64,000 nucleotides of DNA from Candidatus Stammera capleta (GTDB lineage Bacteria > Pseudomonadota > Gammaproteobacteria > Enterobacterales > Enterobacteriaceae), in contig CP144853.1 of assembly GCA_036689545.1 (NCBI GenBank), positions 155,027 to 219,026 on the forward strand, given 5' to 3'. The position numbers and the translations under genes are program-made. The notes under the pieces are model-generated. The model ran no database searches. It saw nothing but the letters and a program-made list of their open reading frames with translations, and was not told the origin of the DNA. This document shows, in pieces, positions 49,385 to 63,117 of this stretch (the first letter of the stretch is position 1; the number at the start of each line of letters is the position of its first letter).

Positions 49385-50923
49385 ATGAATATAATTTTCA
49401 ACTATATAAAAATAGTTTTTTTAATATTTTTAAATAAAATATTAGGTTTTTTAAAAGATATAATTATTGCAAAAAATTTTGGAATTAATTTTGAAACAGA
49501 TGTATTTTTTTCTATATTTAAAATACCTAATTTATTAGGAAAAATTTTTACAGAAAATATATTTTCTTACACTATTGTTCCTATTATAATAAAATATAAA
49601 AAAAAAAAAAAAATACATGAAATTATTTCTTCTATTTATTATTTAATAATATTAATTGTTATATTAATAACAATTTTAGGAATATTTTTCTCAAAAAAAA
49701 TAATATATATATTTTTTCCAGGTTTTATTAAAGACATTAAAAAATTAGAATTAGCTAATAAAATATTAAAAATATTATTTCCATATACTATATTAATATC
49801 CTTAACATCATTTTTTTCTATTATATTTAATATATGAAATTATTATATTTTAAATATAATTCAACCAATTATTTTAAATATAACAATAATTATATTTTGT
49901 TTATATTTTAAAAAATATTTTTTAAATAAAATTTATATTTTAGTATGAAGTATTATATTTGGAGGAATATTACAATTAATATATCAATATATATATATAA
50001 ATAAAATTCCAATTAATATTAATCTAATTTATTTAAATTTTAAAAATTTTAAAATTAAAAACATAATTAAAAAAATTACATTACCAACATTAAATATACT
50101 GATATCTCAATTATCACAATTAACAATAAATAATTATTATTCTTTCTTAGAAAAGAAGACTATATCATGAATATATTATTCAGATAAAATAATAGATATA
50201 CCTTTAAGTATTTTTGGTACTATCATTAGTAATATAGCTATGAATAAATTATCTAAAGAATATTACAAAAAAGATAAATATAAATATTCCATAATCTTAT
50301 GAAATTATATTAAATTAATACTTTTATTGACTTTACCAAGTTTAATATTTTTAATAATTTTTTCTAAAATAATTATTTTAACATTATTTCAATATAATAA
50401 ATTTACTTATTTAGATTCACTAATGACAAGCAAATTACTATCAATATCTTCTATAGGATTAATAGGATTTAATCTAAACAAATTATTAAATATAGGTTTT
50501 TACGCTAGTAATAATATTAAAATCCCTACAATTATATCACTAATTAATTTTCTAAGTATACAATTAAATTTATTAATAAATAAAAAATTTAAAGAAAACG
50601 GAATAATTATATCTATAAATATATCAACTTATATAAGTTTAATACTCTTATACATACAATTAAAGAAAAAAAAAATTCTTTTTAAAGAAAGAAAAACTAA
50701 ATTTTTATTACAAATTACAATATCTACATTAACAATGTTAACAATTTTATTAATAACAACAAAAAAATTTATTAATATAAATAAATTATTAATTCACGGA
50801 ATAAAATACAGAATAGTAAAATTATCAACTTTAATTATTTTAGGTACAATCAGTTATATAACTAGTTTAATAATTGTTAAATTTAAATTTAAAAAATTCT
50901 TAAATAACTTAAACTTTAAGTAG
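49385..50923 (+). CDS. murJ: Lipid II flippase MurJ (MviN)
   Basis: ATG 49385, TAG 50921-50923, 512 aa. It joins ORFs 49385-49837 and 50327-50923 in one frame through five TGAs. MOP-family pattern: ILGFLKDIIIAKNFG, DVFFSIFKIPNLL, 14-TM-like hydrophobic periodicity. The A15 run at 49598-49612 is in frame. Confidence 0.82.
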
Positions 50924-50957
50924 ATTAAGTATAAAATATATATACAATAATCTACTT
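50918..50957. terminator. Extended hairpin between convergent murJ and acpP (candidate bidirectional terminator)
   Basis: AAGTAGATTA (50918-50927) pairs perfectly with TAATCTACTT (50948-57). The stem extends inward through GTATA (50929-33) pairing with TATAC (50941-45). The stem includes the murJ TAG stop. Confidence 0.35.
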
Positions 50958-51077
50958 TAAAAAGTTTAAATATCAAATAATTTTATTTAAATTTTTCTTT
51001 TAAATATTATCTAAAATAACTAAAAATTTTTTCAAACTTAACAATAAATATTTAAAATTAATTAATAAATAAATATA

Positions 51078-51335
51078 TTATTCTTTATCATCATCTTTTT
51101 TATTTTGAGATGTAGTTATATAATCTATAGCAGATTGAACTGTAATAATTTTTTCAGCATCTTCATCAGGAATTTCAATATTGAATTCTTCTTCTAAAGC
51201 CATAACTAATTCAACTGTATCTAAAGAATCAGCACCTAAATCATCAACAAAAGATTTATTATTTTTTACTTCATCTAATTTTATTCCTAATTGTTCACTA
51301 ATAATCTTTTTTACACGATCTTCAATGTTTAACAT
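51078..51335 (-). CDS. acpP: Acyl carrier protein
   Basis: 85-codon ORF: [73 protein letters not shown]. This is close to E. coli AcpP, including the phosphopantetheine Ser in GADSLD. It has a Lys/Asp-rich C-terminal tail. Confidence 0.96.
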   Translation of the reverse strand: MLNIEDRVKKIISEQLGIKLDEVKNNKSFVDDLGADSLDTVELVMALEEEFNIEIPDEDAEKIITVQSAIDYITTSQNKKDDDKE

Positions 51336-51501
51336 TTTATAAACCTATATATATATAATTAATTAAAATATAAAAAATTATTTAAATAACTTTCAAAATA
51401 ACTTATTTAAAATATATATTTATTATTATAATAATACTATATATCATATATTAATCAATAAATTATTTATTACATAAAAAAATTATTTTTAAAATAAATA
51501 T

Positions 51502-51675
51502 TTATTTTTTACTATTTTTTTCTTTTTTATTAAATAATTTTTTATTTGCAACATGATGGTACAATTTTATTGTACCAGTTTCTTTATCAACACAAAGAAC
51601 AGGAATTTTTAAATGATCATGAGATCTACGCGATCCTCTTCTAGATTTACTAGATTTTTTTTTTTGTACTGCCAT
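51502..51675 (-). CDS. rpmF: 50S ribosomal protein L32
   Basis: ATG 51675, TAA 51502-51504, 57 aa. MAVQKKKSSKSRRGSRRSHDHL parallels E. coli [22 protein letters not shown]. Too short for the ORF track. Confidence 0.93.
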   Translation of the reverse strand: MAVQKKKSSKSRRGSRRSHDHLKIPVLCVDKETGTIKLYHHVANKKLFNKKEKNSKK

Positions 51676-51698
51676 AAAATCCTCAATAAATATCCATC

Positions 51699-52622
51699 TT
51701 ACTTTTTATAATATAAATTATAGATTTTTTTTAAAATTAATAATAGTTTTTTATCTAAATTTGATTTTATAGAAAAATATTTTTTTTTTACAGGATGATA
51801 AAATTTAATAAAATTAGAATGTAAAAATAATCTATTAATTTTAATTTTATTAAAAATTTTAAAATTTAAATTTTTATCACCGTAAATATTATCAAATAAA
51901 ATTGGATAACCTAAAAAACTAGTATGTATTCTTATTTGATGATTACGACCTGTAATAGGTTTAATATTTAATAAAGTAAAATTATTAACATATTTTAATA
52001 TCTGAAAATGTGTTTCAGAATACTTTTTTTTCTTTATATTTTTTTTACATAAATAACTTTTAAATATTTTAATATTTAATGGTCAACGTCCACAAACTAA
52101 AGCAATATAATTTTTATATATTTTTTTATTTTTAATATCATCATGTAATTTACACAAAGTAAATTTATTTTTTGACAAAATTAAAATTCCAGAAACATTT
52201 TTATCTAAACGATGAACTAATTCTAAATAATTTCTATTAGAAATTAAATTTCTAAATATATCTAATATATTAATATTTATATTTTTACCACCATGAACAG
52301 ATATACCATAAGGTTTATTTATAACTAATAAATAATCATCTTCATATAAAATATACTTTCTAAAACTAATAATCCTTTCTTTATTTATATAAATTTTATT
52401 TTCATTTATCTTTACTAAAGGTATACGAATTATATCATTAAATTGTAATTTATATTTTGGTAAAATACGTTTTTTATTTACCCTAATATTTCCTTTACGT
52501 AATAAAGAATAAATTTTAGACCTAGACAAAGTTTTTATTTTTTTAAATAAAAAATTATCTATACGTTGATTTAAACTATTAATATCAACTTTTACTAAAT
52601 TAAGAAAAAATTTTTTATTCAT
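51699..52622 (-). CDS. rluC: 23S rRNA pseudouridine synthase RluC
   Basis: ATG 52622, TAA 51699-51701. S4 domain (QRIDNFLFKK), LLVINKPYGISVHGG, catalytic LVHRLDKNVSGILILSK, TGRNHQIRIH, LFLHS. TGA=Trp at 52083-52085. Divergent from rne as in E. coli. Confidence 0.9.
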
Positions 52623-52735
52623 AATTTAATTAGTATAAAATACTAATGTTTTTTTTAAAAAAAATAATAATAATATAAATTAATAATTTAATTATTAATA
52701 ATTTTTAAAATATATATAAAAATACAAAATTAAAA

Positions 52736-54247
52736 ATGAAAAGAATATTAATAAATACAACATATAAAGAAAAATGACGTATTACTTTTATAAAGAACCA
52801 AATATTATACGATTTAAATATAGAAAAAACAAAATATAAAAAAAAAAATTAAATATATATAAAAGTTAAATTACTAAAATAGAATATAGCTTAGAAGCTA
52901 TATTTGTAAACTATGGTTCAAAAAAAAATGGATTACTACCTTTTTAAAAAAAAAAAGATTTTTTAATAAATATTTTTTATGAAAAAAAACATTTTAAATA
53001 TAAAGATATTTTAATACAAACTAATAAAGAAAAAAAAGGAAATAAAAGAGCAATATTAACTACTTTTATTTCTTTATCAGGAAATTATATAATATTATTA
53101 TCTAATAATCCTAATATAAATAGGATATCAAGAAAAATTTAAAATAAAGATAGATGAAATTTAAAAATTAACTTACCTCTTTAAAAATTACCTAACGACA
53201 TGGAAATTATACTCAGAACTACTAGTTTAGGACAATCAATAAAAATATTTAAAATAAATTTACTAATACAATTAAAATATTAAAAATTAATAAAAAAAAA
53301 ATTTAAATTTAAAAAATTACCAAATCTTATTCATAAAGATAAAAATATATTTAAAAAAATACTTAATTACTATTTAACAGAAAAAATTGATGAAATATTA
53401 ATAGATAATTATTAAATATATAAAATGTTAAAAACATACATTAAATATTTTTTTTAAATAAAAAAATTTAAAAAATAAAATTTTTTACAAAAAAAATATC
53501 TTTATTTAATTATTTTAAAATCAAAAAACAAATAGAATTAATTTTTAAAAGAAAAATAAAATTACCTTCTGAAGGTACAATAATTATTGATATTACAGAA
53601 ACTTTAACTTCAATAGATATTAATTCTTCAAAATCTAATAAATATTCAAATATAAAAAATACAGCTTTAAATATAAATTTAAAACAGTAAAATAAATTAC
53701 TACAAACTATGTTTACATAATATAAGTAGATTAATTGTTATAGATTTTATTGATATACTTTCTATAAAAAACAAAAAAAAATAGAAAATAAAATAAAAAA
53801 AATATCAAAAAAAGATATAGTTAAAACTAAAATAAAATATATATCTAAATTTAGTTTATCAATAATGTTAAAACAAAGATTATATCCATCTTTAAAAGAA
53901 TCTGATTATAATTTTTGTTCTAAATGTTAAAGTAATGGTTATATAAAAAATAATAAATTACTTTATTTATCTATATTTAAAAAATAGAAAAAAAATCTAT
54001 AGAAAAAAATATTAAAGAAATACATGTAATAGTAACGACTACTATTAATTAATATCTAATAAAAAAAAAATAAAAAAAAATATTTCCTACTAAAAATAAC
54101 AAAAATAATATTTAAATATTAATTAAACCTAATAAAAATTTTAAAACACCACATCACTCTATATTTAAAATAAGAAACAAAAAAAAGAAAATAAAATTTA
54201 ATTATTTAAATGATAAACTTAAAATAAGTAAAATAAATTTTTTTTAA
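52736..54247 (+). pseudogene. rne: RNase E (rne) pseudogene, catalytic N-terminal half only
   Basis: ATG 52736 gives MKRILINTTYKEKWRITFIKNQILYDLNIE (E. coli [30 protein letters not shown]). Homology then continues for about 500 residues, but only by switching frame at least five times: near 52838-52850, 53470-53480, 53685, 53775 and 54005. It also crosses at least a dozen TAA/TAG codons. Recognisable blocks: NIYKS*ITKIEYSLEAIFVNYG, GNKRAILTTFISLSGNYIILLSNNP, ILRTTSLGQS, DEILIDN, KLPSEGTIIIDITETLTSIDINS, LIVIDFID, ISKFSLSIMLKQR, CSKC*SNG (Zn-link CPRCSGTG), KTPHHSIFKIR. There is no ORF of 60 or more codons in any frame across this 1.5 kb. Confidence 0.9.
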
Positions 54248-54315
54248 AATAAAAAATTTCTTATATAATTAACAAAATTAAATTTTTTTTTAAAAAATAT
54301 TTAATAAATACATTT

Positions 54316-56811
<2,496 letters not shown>

Positions 56812-56859
56812 TAAATATTAAAATTTATTTTTTTAATATATAAACTAAATATCATTAAT

Positions 56860-57618
56860 ATGATTAAAAAAAAAAACATAAAAAATAAATATTTTATTAT
56901 TACAGGTAACAATTCTTATAAAAAAGAACTTTATAAAAAAAAAATTAAAAATTTTATTCAAAAATATTATAAAAATATAGATATATTATATTTTTTTATA
57001 AATAAAAAATTTAATATTTTTTTAATACAAAAAAAATTAATAAATCTTAATTTTTTAAATCAAAAACAATTATTTATTATTAATTTTACAGAAAAAATAA
57101 AAAAAATAACTCAAAAGATAATAGAATATATACATATATATCATCAAAATTTTTTTTTTATTTTAAATTTTGAATATAAAACTTCCTTATATGAAGAAAA
57201 TTTACATAAATTCTTTAATGATAGTTTTATTATTAAATTTAATAATATTAAACTTAATTATATTGAAAAAAATAAACATACAAAATACACACAAAAAAAT
57301 TTTCTCAATATTAATAAATACATTAATGATATTAATATTGTTAGTTTTTTTATTTATTTTAAAAAAAAAAATATTAAAAAATGTTTAAATATAATTAGAA
57401 TATTACAAAAAAATAATTTTGAAAAGCTTCTTTTTTTAAATTTAATTTTTAATTACTTAAAAAAATTAAATATAAATAATAAAAATAATACACTTATATT
57501 ATTTAATATATTTAATTTAATAAAAAAATGTGAAACAAAAATTAAAACATATAATAATCCACTATGAAATGATTTAGAAAAAATAATAATATTAGTTATT
57601 AAAAACAATATTTTTTAA
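56860..57618 (+). CDS. holA: DNA polymerase III delta subunit (shortened)
   Basis: ATG 56860, TAA 57616-57618, 252 aa (E. coli 343). It lies directly after leuS. Weak but colinear matches: YFIITGNNSYKKELYKKKIKNFI vs AYLLLGNDPLLLQESQDAVRQVA; FLNQKQLFIINF vs LFASRQTLLLLL; FFIYFKKKNIKKCLNIIRILQKNNFEKLLFLNLI vs WVDALLMGKSKRALHILQQLRLEGSEPVILLRTL; NPL-W-NDLEKI vs QSVWAELEGL. Confidence 0.7.
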
Positions 57619-57691
57619 ATTTACTTAAATTATAAATATTTAATTAATAAAAACTAATTATATATACACATAAATTATTTAAATTAATAAT

Positions 57692-59572
57692 TTAAAAAAT
57701 AAACCTATTTTTTAAATTATTAAATTTAAGATTATTATTTTTTATAGCATATAAAAAAACTTCTTTTACAGCAAAAATAGTTAATTTAAATTTAGCACGA
57801 GTAATAGCTGTATAAATTAGTTCCTTATTTAAAAGATCATTAAAATAATTAGGTAAAATTAATAAAACATGACCAAATTCTGATCCTTGAGATTTATGTA
57901 CAGTAATAGCTCAAGAATATTCTCATTCAGGTAAATTATAAAAATTAACAATTTTATATTTATTTTTTTTTTTTAAAAAACCTATTTTAAAATTATCTAA
58001 TTTATCAGGGATAATAAATCCTAAATCTCCATTAAATAAATTTAATTCATTATTATTTTTAGTAATTAAAATAGGTTCACCAAAATAATAATAATTATTT
58101 TTTTTTTTATAAATTTTTTTTTTTTTTTTAATTAATTTATTTAATAAATATAAATTAATAAATTTATTTAAAAAATTAACTCCAAAATATGTATTTCTTA
58201 ATACACATATCAATTGAAATTTATTAAATGTTTTATTTATGAAATATAAATTATTATAATTATGATTTATTTTGTAAATAAAATTTCAATACCTTTTAGT
58301 ACAAAAATTTAAAAAAAAATTAAAATTTTTTTTTTTTAAATCATAAAAATTAAATTCTTGAATAGATTTTTTTTTTTGTAAAAATTTATCTATTTCCTTA
58401 AAATTACTATTTCTAACATAAAAAGAAAATTTTTTTAATTTTTTTTTTTTACTAAAACGATAATTTTTCTTCAAAAAAGAAACACAATTAATATTTAATT
58501 TATTAATAACATCAAAATTATTTTTTTTTCAAAAAAAATACATTTTATTTATATAAAAACTATTTTTTCTTTTATAATATAAAAAATAATTACAAATTTC
58601 ATTAAATACAGAACCACATTCTATAGAACCTATTTGAAAACTATCACCTACCAAAATAATTTTAGTATCTTCTTTTAAAGAAGATAAAATATTAAACATA
58701 GTTAATACATCTAACATAGAACTTTCATCTATTATTAAAACATTTATATCTAATTTTAAATAATAATTATAATAAATATTATTCTTAAAATAATTATAAC
58801 CTAATAATTTATGTATAGTTATAGCTTTTTCTGGTAATATACTTTTAAATTTATCATTTAAATTTAAACTATTAAAAATTTTTTGTAAAGTATTAGTAAT
58901 ATAAGAAGCAGCTTTACCAGTAGGTGTTACTATTTTAACACAATTACTATTTTTATAATTAAAAAAACTATATAAAACAATAATTAACTTAACTATTAAA
59001 TTAGTTTTACCTGTACCAGCTTCTCCAGATATAATTGATATTCTATTTATAAATACTGACAAAATAGTTAATATCTGATATTTATCAAAAAAAAATTTTT
59101 TAATTTGTTTTTTTATAAAAAAAATATCATTTTTACTTAAAAAAATATTTTTATAATTTTTTTTATTTAAAAAATTTACTACATAATCTTCATATATTCA
59201 ATATTTATGTAAATAAACACAATCATTATATAAAATAAAAGGAGTATCTATATAAGATGTAGGTATACTTAAAATATTAAATTTTAACATAATATTTAAA
59301 CATTTTTTTATAGAAACATCTTTAAAAAAATAATATAAAAAATTTAAAATATTATCATTAAATAATTTTAAATTAAAAATTTTAAATATTGGAAGACAAA
59401 TATGTCCTAATCTATTAGATAAACTAATAATTGAAGCAAATAACATAAAAATTGCTGAATTATTATTTTTACTTTCAAAAACTTTAGAAAAATAAACATC
59501 TAAAGATGACATTTCTTTATTTTTTAAACAATTTAATAAAAAAAAATTAACTTTATTTATTATATAATTCAT
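57692..59572 (-). CDS. recD: Exodeoxyribonuclease V alpha subunit (RecD helicase)
   Basis: ATG 59572, TAA 57692-57694, 626 aa. It joins four track ORFs in one frame. SF1 helicase motifs: ISGEAGTGKT, VTPTGKAA, LIIDESSMLD, LVGDSFQ, ITVHKSQGSEF, IYTAITRAK. Confidence 0.92.
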
Positions 59573-62500
59573 TAATATTTTTTTTTTTAAAAAAAAGCGT
59601 TAAAATTTTTATTAACCTATAATTAGGTTTTGTAAAAAATATTCCAGTACTACTAATATTATTTTTATTAGGATTAATACCTCTTATAAAAATATAATAT
59701 ATTCCTCCAAAATGGATATTATAATTATATTCTGTTAATTTTAATTTTAAATAATTATTTAAAGCTAAACAATAAAATTGATATTGTATATCATATCTAT
59801 TATTACAAATTACTTTTAATAAAGAATTAAAATCATAATTTTTATAATTTAAACCTATTCAATTAGTTTTATAATCAACAATATAATATTTATTTTTATA
59901 AATAAAAATTAAATCTATAACTCCATTTAAAAACCCATATAAATAATTAACATTATCTATATTAATATTAGTACATAATTTAGATACATTATCATATTTT
60001 TTTATAATATAATTAAACCTACTTATATTTAATTTATTATTAATAGGTAAAATAAAACTAAATTCTTTTATAAAAAGAAATATTTTTTTATTTAAAAAAT
60101 TAATAGATATTTTATCTAAATAAACATTAAAAATTTTTAATAAAGTTTTTTTAATAACAAATAATCAATTAATATCAAAATTAAATTCTTTTAACTTATT
60201 TATAATAATTTGTTCATCAAAAGATTTACTAAATTCTATTATTTCCAATAAACTATGAAAGAAATTACCAGTATTTTTTCCACGAGGAAAAAAACTAATT
60301 TTATATTTATTTAAATTAGTATTTAAAAAAAAAATATCATTAAATGATAAACTACTTATTTTTTTTTTTTTTTTATTAATTATATTTGTATAATTATATA
60401 AACTTTTATTTAAAAAATGAAAAAAAAATTTTCTTTTATTTAAAAAAATAATTTTATTATTTATATATTTATCTTTTTTAAATAATTTATTAAAAATTAA
60501 ATTTAAATTATTTATTTTAAAATACTTATATTCAATAAATTTAAATTTTTCTAAAATAGATCTAATTTTAAAAAAATTAAAAAATTTATTTTTATCTATT
60601 AACCGAAATATAGAATTATTACATATATTTGTTTTATTTATATTTAAATTATATAAAAATATATTACATTGATATACAGATCTAGTAATAGCTACATACA
60701 ATAAACGTATTTCCTCAGATAAAAATTCTTTGTTTATTTTAATACCATTTTTATTTTTATTATATAAATCTACTATAAATTTTTTTTTTTTAGAATTCAA
60801 AAAAGTTAAATAATTATATTTATTTTCTAAATTTATTAAAAAAGGTAAAAAAACAATATTATATTGTAACCCTTTAGATTTATGTATTGTAGATATATTA
60901 ATAGAATTTATATTATTATTAAACCTTATATAATATTCACTATTATTATTATTCTTATTTAATATCTGTTCATTTAATCAACTTAATAAAGAATATTTAC
61001 TATTTAATTTTAAAGATATTTTTTGTAATATTTCTGCAATATGTAAAATATTAACTATATATTGTTGATTTTTTTTTAATAATTGTAATTTACTAACTAA
61101 TTTTTCTTTACATAAAATATATTTAATCATAGAATAAATTCCAAATTTAAATCATAATTCACGATAAAAATTAAACTTATTCACTAATAAATTAAAATAT
61201 TTATCATCATTTATGAAATAATTAATTTCATTAAAATGATAACCAAAAATGAAAGTAGATAAAGAACTACGCATATTAATCTTCAATTCAGGATTTAATA
61301 TAGATCTAATAATAAACATTAATTCTTTAGCTTCTAAAGTATGAAAAACATTACTTTTAATATATAAAGAATTTATAGGCAAATTATATTTTTGTAAAAC
61401 ATTAGAAATTAACTCTACTTCTAAATTTGAATAAACTAAAATAGCTATATCAGAAGGCACAATTTTTTTATTTCCTATTTTAGAACATAATTTTTTTTCC
61501 ACCCCTTTTTTATTTAACAAATTTAAAATATAAATAGCACAATATTTAGATATTAATATTTTATAATTACTCAATATACTTATATTTTTACAAACTAAAA
61601 ATCGAATAGCAGGTTGAATTTTGTTATTTTTATAAAAAATATAATATTTACTATTTATACTATAATTAACTGGTAGATATTTTATATCTTTAAATTCAAA
61701 AATATCATTTACTCTACTAAATAAATAATTAATACTTTTTATCATTAAAAATGAAGATCTTCAATTTACATCGAATGTATATAAACATTTAACATTTTTT
61801 CTAGCTTTAATATAATTATTTATATTAGCTCCCCTAAATGAATAAATACATTGTTTTGGATCACCTATAAATATAATAATAGTTTTAAATATGGAGATAT
61901 TTTTAATATAAATATTATTAAATATATTATATTGTAATATATCTGTATCTTGAAATTCATCAATTAAAGCAACTGGAAATATATTTCTAATAGAATTAAG
62001 TAAAAAATCATTTTTTTTTTTAGATAAAAATTTATTTAAATTAACTATTAAATCATTAAAACTTAAATAAGACTTTTTTCTTTTTTCAACTTTTAATAAA
62101 TTTTTAACATAATAAAAACATGAAGTTAATATAAAAACATATAAATCTTTAACTCTATAAAATAAAATATCAATTTTTTTATAAAAACTACTTAAACAAA
62201 AAGTATTAATAGTATTTAAATAATTTAATATATATTTATAACTAAATTTTATTAAACATTTAGGTAAAGTAAAATCTATAGTTTTTTCTAAAGATCAATT
62301 ATTAATATTACGAAATCATATATCTAAATTTTTTTTATTATAAATATATTTATTATTAGTTAATAATAAAATTTCTCTATATATTTTCTCTTTATTTAAA
62401 AACCATTTAATTTTTATAAAATTAATAAAATCTAAAATTTTATTATAACAATCTATAATAGATTTAAATTTTTTTTTATATTGAAAACTAAAAGTTAATA

Positions 62501-63098
62501 AATTAAAAAAAGATTTTATTACTTTAAATAAACATTCAGGATCAGCTCAATATGTAATAATAATTCTACCTATATTAATAGGTAAAATATCAAGATATTT
62601 TTTTCAAAAAAGAAAAACAAATTTATAAATAAATTCATTTTCTGAATCTAAAATTTTATAATAATAATTTATATTAGTTTCAAAAAAATTTGTAAAAAGT
62701 ATCCTTTTACAAAAACTATGTATAGTAAAAATAGATAATGTATCTATTTGATATTCAAATCTTGTTAATAAATTAATTATATTTTTTTTTTTTTTAATAA
62801 AATTAAATATATCTTCTATTTCAGAACTAATACAATAACCTTTTATAAATGATAAACGTAAATTCCTTATGTTAATTAATATTCTTTCTTTAATTTCTAA
62901 AATAGCTAAATCAGTAAAAGTTACAACTAATATTTTATCTAAACTTAAAGAAATAAAATATTTTTCAATATTAATATTTAATAAAAATCTAATATATAAT
63001 AAAGAAATTAAATGAGTTTTTCCAGTACCTGCAGATGATTCTATTAAATTACTTTTATTAAGTTTAATAGTAAATGGATTTTTAATATAATTAAACAT
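59553..63098 (-). CDS. recB: Exodeoxyribonuclease V beta subunit (RecB helicase-nuclease)
   Basis: ATG 63098, 1181 aa (E. coli 1180). ESSAGTGKTH, VVTFTDLA, LIDEFQDTD, FIGDPKQCIYSFRGA, STIHKSKGLQYNIVFLP, LLYVAITRS, C-terminal nuclease GVIDLIFIYKNKYYIVDYKTN-W. Codon-by-codon counting through the T11 run at 59578-59588 places the stop at TAA 59553-59555, a 20-nt overlap with recD. Confidence 0.92.
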
Positions 63099-63117
63099 TT
63101 AATTATTCTATAAATTT

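Noticed and set aside
52736-54247. The idea that the in-frame TAA/TAG codons of rne reflect a second recoding or programmed read-through.
   Set aside because: The stops align with different residues (Lys, Glu, Trp, Ser). They co-occur with several true frameshifts. TAA and TAG terminate every other gene at the expected C-terminus. Ordinary pseudogene decay explains it.
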